A DNA stretch of 63,635 nt, the filler included, from Licmophora abbreviata (taxonomy: Eukaryota), in assembly GCA_900291995.1 (NCBI GenBank). It is 17 parts of 17 records of this genome, joined end to end, with 100 filler letters (N's around TTAATTAATTAA, not from the genome) between each part and the next. Parts side by side here need not be neighbours in the genome. Positions count along the whole stretch, not along the records: positions 40,017 to 45,840 come from OLMU01004697.1; positions 45,941 to 51,636 come from OLMU01004699.1; positions 51,737 to 54,041 come from OLMU01004700.1; 14 more parts are not named here. One strand, written 5' to 3'. Made by a program: the position numbers and the translations under genes. Positions 41,704 through 51,928 of the stretch are shown here, one piece after another (position 1 is the stretch's first letter; each line of letters starts with the position of its first letter). The notes beneath the pieces are model-generated. The model had not been told where the DNA came from, did not search any database, and saw nothing but the letters and a program-made list of their open reading frames with translations.

Positions 41704-44478
41704 ATGAACAGGATCGCCCCCGCGACGCCCGCCACTGACACGGACAATCGGATCACCCTGTCCCTGACCCTCAACGGCGCGCCGCGCGAAGGCATCGTTG
41801 CCCCCGCGGCACGGCTGAGTGCGGCCTTGCGCGATGCCTTCGACTGCGAAGAGATCAAGGTGGGTTGCGATGCGGGCGATTGCGGCGCCTGCACGGTGCT
41901 TTTGGATGGTGCGCCGATCTGTGCCTGCCTCATGCCCGCCGCCCGCGCCGAGGGTCGCGTGGTCGAGACGGTCAAGGCGCTCGCCCCGTCCAGCGGTGTG
42001 CCGGGCAAGCTGCAGCGCGCGTTTCAGCGCCACGGCGCGGCGCAATGCGGCATCTGCACACCGGGGATGCTTATGGCAGCCGAAGGCTTGCTGCGTCGTG
42101 TACCGCACCCGACCCGGCCAGAGGTCGAAGAGGCGCTGTCGGGCGTCCTGTGTCGCTGCACCGGTTACAGCAAGATCGTTTCCGCCGTCATGGATTGCGG
42201 CGGCGCGGATGTCACCCCGCCCGATGGGGCCGTGGGCGCGCGGATCGAGCGGCTCGATGGATTGCCCAAGGTTCTTGGCACCGACCTTTTCGGGGCGGAT
42301 GGCTGGCCCGAGGGGACACTCGCGGTGCGTCTGGTGCGCAGCCCGCATCACCATGCGGGCTTCTCCTTCGGCGATATCGCGGCCTGGGCTTCGGCCCACC
42401 CGGACCTGCGCGCAGTCCTGACCGCAGCGGATATTCCCGGTCGCAACTGCCATGGCGTCATTCCGCCCTTTGCCGATCAGCCCGTCTTTGCCGAGCATGT
42501 CGCCCGCTTCAAGGGAGAGCCGGTCGCCGCCATCATTGGCCCGCGCGATGTGGTCGAGCGTCTCGATCTGTGTCACTTCCCCGTGACATGGGAGGAACGG
42601 CCTGCCGTGCTCGATATTCCCTCGGCTCGCGCCGAAGGGGCGCCGGTGCTGCATGAGGGGCGGGCCGGCAACCTGCTGACCGAAGGCTTTGTGCGGCGCG
42701 GTGCGCCCGAAGACGCCCTCAAGGGCGCGGCGGCGGTGGTCGAGGCAACCTTTACCACCGGCTTCATCGAACACGCCTATATCGAACCCGAAGCCGGCTA
42801 TGCCCGGCGCGTCGGAGACCGGATCGAGGTTTGGGCCTGCACGCAGGCGCCACATATGGACCTCGAGGATCTGGCGCTCATCATGGACCTGCCGCGCGAG
42901 GCGATCCGCATCCTGCCTTCCTCGGTCGGCGGGGGCTTCGGGGCCAAGCTGGATCTGTCGCTTCAGCCCTATCTCGCGCTGGCGGCCTGGGTCACGGGCG
43001 CACCCTGCGGCATGGTCTACAGCCGCCGGGACTCGATGATGACGACCACCAAAAGGCACCCGTCGCAGATCACCGCGCGGATCGGCGCCGATGCCGAAGG
43101 CCGGTTGCTGGGCATGACGGTGGCGGCAAGCTTCAACACGGGCGCCTATGCGTCTTGGGGCCCGACCGTGGCGAACCGGGTGCCGGTCCATGCCTCCGGC
43201 CCCTATCTCCTGCCTGCCTACGAGGCGCGCGCCGCGGCCATTCACAGCCATTGCGCGCCAGCGGGTGCCTTCCGTGGCTTCGGCGTCCCGCAAGGCTCCA
43301 TTGCGCAAGAGGCGCTCTTTGATGAACTTGCCGATGCACTGGGCCACGACCGGCTCGAGTTTCGCATCCGAAATGCCTTGCAGACGGGTCAGCCCACGGT
43401 GACCGGACAGGTCTTTTCCCAAGGCGTTGGGATCCGCGCCTGTCTCGAAGCTCTGCGCCCGGCATGGGCCGAAAGGCGGGCGGCAGCGGCCGCGTTCAAT
43501 GCGGCGCAAAGTGCCGAAGGCGGCGCGCTGCGGCGCGGTGTCGGTGTTGCGGGCATGTGGTATGGCTGCGGCAACACCTCGCTGCCCAATCCGTCCACGA
43601 TCCGCGTGGGTATCAAGGCCGACGGCACGCTGGTTTTGCATCAGGGGGCGATGGATATCGGGCAGGGGTCCAATACGGTCATCACCCAGATCTGCGCCGA
43701 GGCGCTTGGCCTGCCGGTCTCGGTCTTCACGCTGGTGGGCGCCGATACCGATCTGACGCCCGATGCGGGCAAGACATCCGCCTCGCGGCAGACTTTCGTT
43801 TCGGGGGCTGCATCGCTCAGGGCTGGGGCAGCGCTCAGGGCGCAGCTCCTGCGCAGGCTCAACGCGGGCGATGACGCGCAATTGCAGCTTGCCGGCAGCG
43901 TGATTTCCGCCGGGTCTGCGGCCTTCGATCTGGCAACGCTGGCGGGTCAGGAAAACGCCTTCGGCTATGTGCTCATGGCCGAGGAAACCTTCGATCCGCC
44001 CACCTCGCCGCTTGATGAGAACGGACAGGGCGAACCCTATGCCGCCTATGGCTGGGGGGCGCATCTTGCAGAAATCGACGTCGATATCGAACTGGGCACC
44101 ATCCGCGTCCGCGATCTGGTCTGCGCGCATGACGTGGGCCGCGCGATCAACCCGACGCTTCTCGAAGGCCAGATCGAGGGCGGATCGGCTCAGGGGATCG
44201 GCCTTGCCCTGATGGAAGAGTTCATTCCCGGGCGCACCGAGAACCTGCATGATTACCTGATCCCGACCGTCGGCGATGTGCCCCGGGTGGACTCGATCCT
44301 GATCGAGGACCCGGACGCGCATGGCCCGTTCGGCGCCAAGGGCATCGGTGAGCAGGTGCTGATCCCCACCGCTCCCGCGATCCTGAACGCCCTGCGCGAC
44401 GCGACCGGCGCCGTGGTCCGCGATATGCCGGCGACACCCGACAAGGTGCTGCGCGCCCTGCAATCCGCCAGAAGATGA
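41704..44478 (+). CDS. Fused 2x[2Fe-2S] + molybdopterin subunit (nicotinate dehydrogenase-like)
   Basis: GCDAGDCGACTV, QCGICTPG, CRCTGY, GGGFGAK, AFRGFG, GQIEGG, AKGIGE. Substrate is inferred from neighbouring genes. Confidence 0.88.
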   Translation: MNRIAPATPATDTDNRITLSLTLNGAPREGIVAPAARLSAALRDAFDCEEIKVGCDAGDCGACTVLLDGAPICACLMPAARAEGRVVETVKALAPSSGVPGKLQRAFQRHGAAQCGICTPGMLMAAEGLLRRVPHPTRPEVEEALSGVLCRCTGYSKIVSAVMDCGGADVTPPDGAVGARIERLDGLPKVLGTDLFGADGWPEGTLAVRLVRSPHHHAGFSFGDIAAWASAHPDLRAVLTAADIPGRNCHGVIPPFADQPVFAEHVARFKGEPVAAIIGPRDVVERLDLCHFPVTWEERPAVLDIPSARAEGAPVLHEGRAGNLLTEGFVRRGAPEDALKGAAAVVEATFTTGFIEHAYIEPEAGYARRVGDRIEVWACTQAPHMDLEDLALIMDLPREAIRILPSSVGGGFGAKLDLSLQPYLALAAWVTGAPCGMVYSRRDSMMTTTKRHPSQITARIGADAEGRLLGMTVAASFNTGAYASWGPTVANRVPVHASGPYLLPAYEARAAAIHSHCAPAGAFRGFGVPQGSIAQEALFDELADALGHDRLEFRIRNALQTGQPTVTGQVFSQGVGIRACLEALRPAWAERRAAAAAFNAAQSAEGGALRRGVGVAGMWYGCGNTSLPNPSTIRVGIKADGTLVLHQGAMDIGQGSNTVITQICAEALGLPVSVFTLVGADTDLTPDAGKTSASRQTFVSGAASLRAGAALRAQLLRRLNAGDDAQLQLAGSVISAGSAAFDLATLAGQENAFGYVLMAEETFDPPTSPLDENGQGEPYAAYGWGAHLAEIDVDIELGTIRVRDLVCAHDVGRAINPTLLEGQIEGGSAQGIGLALMEEFIPGRTENLHDYLIPTVGDVPRVDSILIEDPDAHGPFGAKGIGEQVLIPTAPAILNALRDATGAVVRDMPATPDKVLRALQSARR

Positions 44479-44485
44479 GGGCAGC

Positions 44486-45840
44486 ATGAGCGACACCACC
44501 GCACCCCCGCCCGTCTTGGGCCGTCCGCGCCGCGAGAAGCCTGAAAAGATCCGCTGCGATGCCTGTCCTGTCCTGTGCTACATCGCCGAAGGGCGGGCCG
44601 GGGCCTGTGATCGCTACGCCAATGTCGATGGAATTCTGACCCGCGTCGATCCTCTGGTGATCCTGGATCGCATGGCCTCCGATGGCGGCGAGCTGGTCAG
44701 CTTTCTCGATAATGGCCGCGACTGGGGCGGCGAGATCGTCAACACCTCTGACCGTTTCGTGACCGCCGTGGGCGCAGGCACCACCTATCCCGATTACAAG
44801 CCCGCGCCCTTCATCGTCTCGAGCCAGATGGACGGCATCGACATGGTGACGGTGGTGACCGAAGGCATTTTTTCCTATTGCGGCGTCAAGCTCAAGATCG
44901 ACACCGACCGCCATCTTGGCCCCGAAACCGCCTCGGTGCGCTATAACGGCGAAGTGGTGGGCCATGTCAGCACGGCGGAATACGGCAGCCAGATGATGAG
45001 CCTCGGGGGAGTGCATCACCTCACCGGAGGCAGCAAGAAAGAGGGCCGCGCCACCTGCGAGGCGTTGCTTCACCTGTGCAACCGTCAGGCTGTGGAGCTG
45101 ACCGTGGATGACGGCGTCAGCCTCGTGGTCGAGGCAGGCAAGCCGCCCGTGATCGACGGCGAGCGCGAAGAGCGGATGCGCGTCGGTTGCGGATCGGCGG
45201 CCATCGGGATGTTCGCCCAGCAATGGTTCCGCCATCTCGACGAGGTGGTTGTCGTGGACGACCACATCACCGGGGTTCTGTCCGAGCATCAGGCCGGCAA
45301 GCTTCTGGACGTGCCGCCCACGGGCATTCGCATCAAGGGCCACAAAAGCACCCCGGGCCGCTATTTCCGCGTCGCCGAACCGGGGCAGGGCTGGGGCGGC
45401 ACCGACATCGTCGACCCCCTGTCGATCATCGACCGTTTCGACGCCAAGACTGCATGGCCGGGACTGCGGATGTTGATGGTCTCGACCACCGGCGATCACG
45501 CCGCCTATTACGAGCTCGACGCCGATCTGCAGCCCGTCCCCAGCCCGATGCCCGATCCTGTCGCAGCCTCGGTGGCCCGTGTGCAGGAAAATTGCGAACC
45601 CGCACTCTGTTCGGTGGTGTTCATCGGTGGCGCGGGCGGATCGCTCAGGGCCGGCGTCACGGAAAACCCGGTCAAGCTGACCCGCTCGGTGCGCGAGACC
45701 CTGACCCATGTCACCTCCGGCGGTGCCGAGGTCTATATCTGGCCGGGTGGCGGGATCACCTACATGGTCGACGTGATGCAGATGCCGGAAAATTCCTTCG
45801 GCTACGTGCCCACCCCCGCACTTGTCGCTCCGATCGAATT
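44486..45840 (+). CDS. 6-hydroxynicotinate reductase-like Fe-S protein, 3' end in the spacer
   Basis: IRCDACPVLC...GACDRY Cys cluster, TTYPDYKPAPF, RMRVGCGSA, VDDHITG; sits with an enamidase gene. Confidence 0.8.
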
Positions 45841-45987
45841 NNNNNNNNNNNNNNNNNNNNNNNNNNNNNNNNNNNNNNNNNNNNTTAATTAATTAANNNN
45901 NNNNNNNNNNNNNNNNNNNNNNNNNNNNNNNNNNNNNNNNGCCGCTAACCGCGACTATTTCACAGCCCTACAGGGAGGCGCTTGCAC

Positions 45988-46572
45988 ATGCCTGATCTCA
46001 CCTTGCGCAAACAGGCGCTCCTGACCGAGGAGATCTTTCACGAATTCGGCCCTCCCTCGGATGTGCCCCTGCGCCGGGTCGCCATGGTGTCGGTCATCGA
46101 AAACCCCTTCGCCGGTCGCTACGAGCCCGACATCGCACCGTTCATGGACACGCTCAAACCCTTGGGCGAGGCGATGGCCCGCCGGATGCTCGACGCCCTT
46201 GGCGGCGATCCCGCGCAGATGCAGGGCTATGGCAAGGGCGCCATCGTTGGTGCTGCGGGCGAGTTGGAGCATGGCGCGCTTTGGCATGTGCCGGGGGGAT
46301 GGGCGATGCGCGAAGTCCTCGGCGATGCCATGGCGATCGTGCCCTCCACCAAGAAGGTGGGCGGGCCGGGCACCCGGCTTGATGTGCCGATCACCCATGT
46401 GAACGCCTCTTATGTGCGCAGTCATTTCGACGCGATGGAAGTCGGGCTGACAGATGCGCCTCGTGCTGCCGAACTGGCCTTGATACTGGTCATGACGACC
46501 GGGCCTCGCATACATGCGCGTGTTGGCGGCCTTGCCGCCGCCGACATAGAGGGAAAGGACGGATTGCGATAG
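45988..46572 (+). CDS. AA_synth (DUF1185) family protein, copy 1
   Basis: VIENPFAGRY, YGKGAIVGAAGELEH, YVRSHFD, GKDGLR. Confidence 0.88.
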   Translation: MPDLTLRKQALLTEEIFHEFGPPSDVPLRRVAMVSVIENPFAGRYEPDIAPFMDTLKPLGEAMARRMLDALGGDPAQMQGYGKGAIVGAAGELEHGALWHVPGGWAMREVLGDAMAIVPSTKKVGGPGTRLDVPITHVNASYVRSHFDAMEVGLTDAPRAAELALILVMTTGPRIHARVGGLAAADIEGKDGLR

Positions 46573-46655
46573 AATGCTGGCGCGGACCGCGCCGCCATAC
46601 CGACCCGGAGACGAAAACTCCGGGCTTGAACAAGTAACCGATAGGGAGACCGAGA

Positions 46656-47633
46656 ATGTTTTTGAAGCCGATGATGGCAACAGTTGTGGCGCTTGGGCTG
46701 GCCTTGCCGGCCATGGCACAAGAGCGTGAATTCCGTCTGGGGCTGATCACGCCCCCGGTGCATGTCTGGAACAAGGAGGTGGACGCGATGTCCGAAACGC
46801 TCAAGGAGCGGTCGGACGGGCGTTTTTCGATCACCGCCTTCCCCTCGGGCCAGCTGGGCAACGAATCCGCCATGTTGCAGCAATTGCAGACCGGGGCGCT
46901 CGACATGGCGTGGCTCACCACCGCCGAGTTGACCTTCCGCGTGCCGGACATGGCCGCGCTGCACGCGCCCTTCCTCGTGGACAATATCGAAGATGCCGCG
47001 CGTGTCCTGCGCTCGGACGAGGCGCGCGAGATCCTCGACACCCTGCCAGCCGCTACCGGCACGGTCGGCGTCTGCTATGCGATGATCGGGATGCGCCAGA
47101 TGGTTCTGCGCGAGAATATCGACTCCGCCGCCGATCTTTCCGGCAAGCGGATCCGGATCACGCCCGCCCCGGCGATCAGCACCTTTTTCGAGATGTTCGG
47201 CGCCGCACCCGCGCCGATGCCGCTTCCGGCGATCTACGACTCGCTCGCCAATGGTCAGATCGACGGGCTGGACATGGATTACGAATCCATCATCAACTTC
47301 CGCTACTACGAACATGCGCCGCATATCCTCGAGACCAACCACCATATGTTCGGCATGGTGGCCCTGATTTCGGCGCCGGTCTGGGCAACCCTCTCCGAAG
47401 AGGATCGCGCCCTCATCAGCGAGGTGACGCAGATGCATTGCGACCGCACAATCGACCGTTTCGTGACGGAAGAAGACAAAAAGCTCGCCAGCCTGCGTGA
47501 AGTGTCGGGCATCCAGATCACCGAGGATGTTGGTCAGGACTTCTTTGGCGATATCGTGGAGCGGTGGGATGCCGAATGGGGGGCCAAGACCTCTTATGTC
47601 GCTCGCCTGCGCGAGCTGGTCGCCTCGTTCTGA
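46656..47633 (+). CDS. dctP: TRAP transporter substrate-binding protein
   Basis: Signal peptide, FPSGQLGNE, LQTGALD, DLSGKRIR, LANGQIDG, ETNH. Confidence 0.9.
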   Translation: MFLKPMMATVVALGLALPAMAQEREFRLGLITPPVHVWNKEVDAMSETLKERSDGRFSITAFPSGQLGNESAMLQQLQTGALDMAWLTTAELTFRVPDMAALHAPFLVDNIEDAARVLRSDEAREILDTLPAATGTVGVCYAMIGMRQMVLRENIDSAADLSGKRIRITPAPAISTFFEMFGAAPAPMPLPAIYDSLANGQIDGLDMDYESIINFRYYEHAPHILETNHHMFGMVALISAPVWATLSEEDRALISEVTQMHCDRTIDRFVTEEDKKLASLREVSGIQITEDVGQDFFGDIVERWDAEWGAKTSYVARLRELVASF

Positions 47634-47707
47634 TCTGGTAAAACCCGGGTGGTGCGGCCAGTCATGCTGCGCCACCTTTCAGGCCCCAAGACCCAAGGAA
47701 GAACCGC

Positions 47708-48316
47708 ATGCCGCTGATACGCCTGTTGCGCGCCCTGTCCGATGGCATTGTCCGGATCGAGCGCATTCTGCTGATGCTGCTGGTCTCTGCGGTCGTCTCT
47801 CTTGTTCTCTTGAACGTGGGGTTTCGCCTCTTCGAGATCACTCTGGCATGGGCGGATGAGCTGGCCGTGCTGGCGATGGCATGGTCCGGTTTCGTGGGGG
47901 CCTCGTTGATGCTGCGGGCTCGCATCGATCCGGCTGTCCGCCTGCTGCATGAGGCGGTTGGCCCCCTCGGCGTGCGCGCGCTGCGGGTGTCGGTCTCGGT
48001 GCTGGCGTCCGTTTTCGGCATTATCCTCATCTGGCTCAACTGGATATGGTTCAATCCGCCCGGACTTGTTGCCGCCGGTTTCGACATCTCGACATTCGAA
48101 GCCACGACCTTCAACTTCATCTATTCCGGCAAGACACCCGTGCTGGTCTGGCCGGTGTTCTGGTTCTATCTCGTGATGCCGTGGTTCGCCCTGACGCTGA
48201 GTGTTCACGCTCTCACCAATCTGGCCGAGGATCTGGGCCTCATCCCGCAACGCAACCTCGCCCGTGAACTCGATCCGTCCGAGGACGATGTTCCCCTCCC
48301 GGAGACGTCCCGATGA
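47708..48316 (+). CDS. dctQ: TRAP transporter small permease
   Basis: NVGFR...WADELA motif, four transmembrane helices. Confidence 0.85.
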   Translation: MPLIRLLRALSDGIVRIERILLMLLVSAVVSLVLLNVGFRLFEITLAWADELAVLAMAWSGFVGASLMLRARIDPAVRLLHEAVGPLGVRALRVSVSVLASVFGIILIWLNWIWFNPPGLVAAGFDISTFEATTFNFIYSGKTPVLVWPVFWFYLVMPWFALTLSVHALTNLAEDLGLIPQRNLARELDPSEDDVPLPETSR

Positions 48317-49572
48317 CGCTGGTCGCTTTCCTGCTGCTTCTGATGATCGGCTTGCCGATCGGATTGATCCTGTGTGTGGCGGCACTGGTCTTTATCTACG
48401 ATACGAACAACCTCATTCTCCTGCAAAGCTATCCGCTCAAGCTGTTCACGTCGCTCGACAATTTCAGCCTTCTGGCAATCCCGCTCTTCATTCTGGTGGG
48501 CGAGCTGATGAACGGGGCGGGCATCACGCAGCGGCTGGTCCGACTGGCGGCGGCCTTTGTCGGGGCGCTCAAGGGCGGGCTGGCCTATATCAACCTTCTG
48601 GCCAACATGATGGTGGCGTCGATCCTTGGATCCGCCACGGCACAGATCGCCATGATGAGCCAGGTGATGGTCCCCGAGATGCAGCGCGCAGGCTATGATC
48701 GCGCCTTCGCCGCCGGCCTCACGGCCTATGGTGGGCTTCTGGGTCCGATCATCCCGCCCTCGATCGTCTTCGTGGTCTATGCCGTGCTGGCGCAGGTGGC
48801 CGTGCGTGACATGCTGGTGGCGGGCATCCTGCCGGGCCTGATGCTCACCGGCCTCTTTATCCTCGTCGTGGCCCTTCTGGGCCGCAAGCACGCCTATCCG
48901 GTCGGCACGCGACAGACATGGCCCGCGCGCTTCGCCGCGCTGCGCAATGCCTTGCCGATGCTGGCCATTCCCTTGGTGATCATCGGCACCATCCTAGGCG
49001 GCTTCGGTTCTCCGACCGAGGCTGCGGCGGTGGGCGCTGTGCTCGCCGTGCTGATCGGCCTCTTTTATACCCGCTCGCTCCGGCTGCGTGATTTCCCCCT
49101 GATCCTCATCCGCACCGGGATCAACAGTGCGCTGGTTCTGTTTCTCGTGGCGGCGGCGGGGGTGTTCTCTTGGGTGCTGATCTTCGGGCAGGTGCCGCAA
49201 ACCGCCGCGGCCTGGATTCAGTCCGTTGCCACAACGCCCGTGGCCTTCATGCTGCTGGTGCTTGTGGCGCTGCTGGTGGTGGGCACGGTGATCGACGGCA
49301 TTCCGGGGCTCATCATGGTGGTGCCGATCCTGCTGCCGATCGCGACGGATGTCTACGGCATCCATCCTTTGCATTTCGGGGTCGTCGTCTCGATCAACCT
49401 GATCCTCGGGTTGCTGTCGCCGCCGGTGGGCATCGGCCTTTACGTGGCAGCCCAAGTCAGCAATGTCAGCCCGCTTCGGGTGTTCTGGGTGACCGCGCCC
49501 TTCTTTCTGGCGGCCTGCCTTGCGCTGTTGGTTCTCGCACTGGTCCCATGGTTCAGCCTTGCCTTGCTCTAG
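48313..49572 (+). CDS. dctM: TRAP transporter large permease
   Basis: LLAIPLFILVGELM, GPIIPPS, SPTEAAA, HPLHFG, SPPVG. Confidence 0.92.
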   Translation: MTLVAFLLLLMIGLPIGLILCVAALVFIYDTNNLILLQSYPLKLFTSLDNFSLLAIPLFILVGELMNGAGITQRLVRLAAAFVGALKGGLAYINLLANMMVASILGSATAQIAMMSQVMVPEMQRAGYDRAFAAGLTAYGGLLGPIIPPSIVFVVYAVLAQVAVRDMLVAGILPGLMLTGLFILVVALLGRKHAYPVGTRQTWPARFAALRNALPMLAIPLVIIGTILGGFGSPTEAAAVGAVLAVLIGLFYTRSLRLRDFPLILIRTGINSALVLFLVAAAGVFSWVLIFGQVPQTAAAWIQSVATTPVAFMLLVLVALLVVGTVIDGIPGLIMVVPILLPIATDVYGIHPLHFGVVVSINLILGLLSPPVGIGLYVAAQVSNVSPLRVFWVTAPFFLAACLALLVLALVPWFSLALL

Positions 49573-49648
49573 ACCGTCCAGCCAACGGGCTTGTCAGCTC
49601 AAAAGCTGCGCAGTATCGTTTCCACACAAACAAGATTGGGGATTTTGA

Positions 49649-50818
49649 ATGGCTGTTGAAACCAAGGATACACCGGCCACGGGCCGCTGCCTGATCCGCA
49701 ATATCGGCCGCTTGCTCACCGGCGATCTGAACGCCCCTCTGGCCGACAGCGACTGCCTGCTGATCGAGGATGGCGTGATCGCAGGCTTCACCGCCGAACC
49801 CGCCGATCACGAGATCGACGCCGCCGGTTGCGCCGTGGCTCCGGGGTTGATCGACGGCCATTGCCACCCGGTCTTCGGCGACTGGACCCCCCGCCAGAAC
49901 CAGACCGGCTGGATCGAGATGAACGTGAACGGCGGCGTCACCAGCTTCATTTCTGCAGGTGAAGTGCACCTGCCGGGCCGCCCCAAGGATGCCGAGGGCG
50001 TCAAGGCGCTGGCGATGGTCGCACAGCGCTGCTTCACCAATTTCCGGGCTGTGGGCGCCAAGGTCATCGCGGGTGCGCCGGTGCCCGAACTGGACTTTGA
50101 CCGCGACTTCTATGTCGCCCTGAAAGATGCCGGCATCCGCCATATCGGCGAGATCGGTCTCGGCACCGTCGCCAAGGGGCCGGACGCCGCCCGTGTCACC
50201 GCATGGTGCCGCGAGTTGGGCATCGAGACGATCATGCATACCGGCGGGCCGTCGATTGCCGGCTCGCATCTGGTCGGCGCGGCGGATGTCCTCGAGGCGC
50301 AGCCCGATATCGTCAGCCACATCAATGGCGGCCCCACCTCCATCCCGCATGATGATATCCGCGAGTTGTGCCGCCATGCCACCGGCGCGCTCGAGGCGGT
50401 GCACAATGGCAACGAGAAATCCGCCATCGTCGCTCTCGAAGGGGCGATGGAGAATGACCGGCTGGCCGATTTCCTGATCGGCACCGATGCGCCTGCCGGA
50501 TCCGGTGTCCAGCCCAACGGCATGTTGCGCATGGCAACCCTTCTGGCCAGCTTCGGGGGCCTGCCGGCCGAGCTCGCGTGGTGCTGCGGCACAGGCAACG
50601 TGGCCCATCGGCGCGGACTGAGCCAGGGTATCCTCGCGCCCGGTCGCCCGGCCGACCTGGTCTTCATGGACCGGCCCGGCGGCTCGCCAGGTGACGACGT
50701 TCTTGGTGCTATGGCCATGGGCAACATCCCCGGCATCGCCGCCGTCATGATCGACGGCAAGATGCGCACCGGGCGTTCGCGCTCGACCCCGCCTTCGGCC
50801 CGAGTGCCAGTGATCTGA
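49649..50818 (+). CDS. Enamidase (amidohydrolase of nicotinate catabolism)
   Basis: PGLIDGHCH...GDWTPRQ...GGVTSFISAGEVHLPGRPKD, MHTGG, SHINGGPT and GTDAPAGSG follow the enamidase pattern. Confidence 0.85.
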   Translation: MAVETKDTPATGRCLIRNIGRLLTGDLNAPLADSDCLLIEDGVIAGFTAEPADHEIDAAGCAVAPGLIDGHCHPVFGDWTPRQNQTGWIEMNVNGGVTSFISAGEVHLPGRPKDAEGVKALAMVAQRCFTNFRAVGAKVIAGAPVPELDFDRDFYVALKDAGIRHIGEIGLGTVAKGPDAARVTAWCRELGIETIMHTGGPSIAGSHLVGAADVLEAQPDIVSHINGGPTSIPHDDIRELCRHATGALEAVHNGNEKSAIVALEGAMENDRLADFLIGTDAPAGSGVQPNGMLRMATLLASFGGLPAELAWCCGTGNVAHRRGLSQGILAPGRPADLVFMDRPGGSPGDDVLGAMAMGNIPGIAAVMIDGKMRTGRSRSTPPSARVPVI

Positions 50819-50830
50819 AGGAGCACGAAA

Positions 50831-51415
50831 ATGCAGGCGAAAATCCGAAAGATTGCCGTCTTTCTTGACGAAACCCACATTGAGATGGGCCAGACCATTG
50901 CGCCGCCCACGCGCCGCGCCGCTGCGGTGGCGGTCATCGAAAACCCCTTTGCGGGCCGCTTCGAGGCGGATCTCGAGATCCTGATGGATATCGGCGCCGA
51001 GCTTGGCGATCTCTTGGGCCGGCGCTGCGTCGAAGCTCTGGGGATCACACCAGCCGAGGCCGAAAGCTATGGCAAGGCCGCGATGGTCGGCGAAAACGGC
51101 GAGTTGGAACACGCCGCCGCGATCCTGCATCCAAAGCTGGGCGCGCCCCTTCGGGCTGCGGTCGAAAAGGGCGCGGCGCTTGTGCCGTCATCGAAAAAGA
51201 TGGGTGGTCCCGGCCAGCCGCTTGACGTGCCTCTTGGCCACAAGGACGCGGCCTATGTGCGCAGCCATTTCGATGGGATCGAGGTGCGTTTGAACGATGC
51301 GCCGCGCGCAGGCGAGATCATGGTCGCCGTCGCTGTCACCGATAGCGGGCGCCCCTTGCCCCGGGTCGGCGGGTTGCCAGCTGCCGAGGCGATCGGCAAA
51401 GACGGATTGCGCTGA
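50831..51415 (+). CDS. AA_synth (DUF1185) family protein, copy 2
   Basis: VIENPFAGRF, YGKAAMVGENGELEH, YVRSHFD, GKDGLR. Confidence 0.88.
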   Translation: MQAKIRKIAVFLDETHIEMGQTIAPPTRRAAAVAVIENPFAGRFEADLEILMDIGAELGDLLGRRCVEALGITPAEAESYGKAAMVGENGELEHAAAILHPKLGAPLRAAVEKGAALVPSSKKMGGPGQPLDVPLGHKDAAYVRSHFDGIEVRLNDAPRAGEIMVAVAVTDSGRPLPRVGGLPAAEAIGKDGLR

Positions 51416-51433
51416 CCTGAAAGGACCCGCATT

Positions 51434-51636
51434 TTGACCCGGAGCGAGCCTTCAAACGAGGTCCAAGACGACGACGCAACCACGAAACGTGTGCGCCGTC
51501 GCTATGTGCTGGACACGCAGGCGGGGTTTCTGTTGCGCAAGGCGCAACAGCGCCACCTCAGCATCTTCACCGCACATATGGGCGAAGGGCTCACCGCTCA
51601 GCAATTCGCAGCACTTGTCAAGCTGGCCGAGGTGGA
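51434..51636 (+). CDS. MarR family regulator (NicR-like), 3' end in the spacer
   Basis: YVLDTQAGFLLRKAQQRHLSIF...LTAQQFAALVKL. Confidence 0.8.
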
Positions 51637-51928
51637 NNNNNNNNNNNNNNNNNNNNNNNNNNNNNNNNNNNNNNNNNNNNTTAATTAATTAANNNNNNNN
51701 NNNNNNNNNNNNNNNNNNNNNNNNNNNNNNNNNNNNACCCTCGCCCCCCTGACACGCAGCGAACAGACAACGCTCCAGCGGCTTCTGCGCAAGATCGGCT
51801 GAATTTTTCGGCATCTGCGACTGCGCCGAAGCGGGCGGGTGCAAAAGCATTCTCCCTGTCGAAAATTTGTTCGCATGCAAACAAAAAAATTGCTACCTTT
51901 TGCGGGCACAGCTCCAGAGGACGCCCCG

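Noticed and set aside
41341..45709. Long minus-strand ORFs of 1052 aa and 495 aa, and similar shadow ORFs elsewhere
   Set aside because: They are antisense to clear GC-rich genes and have no recognisable motifs.
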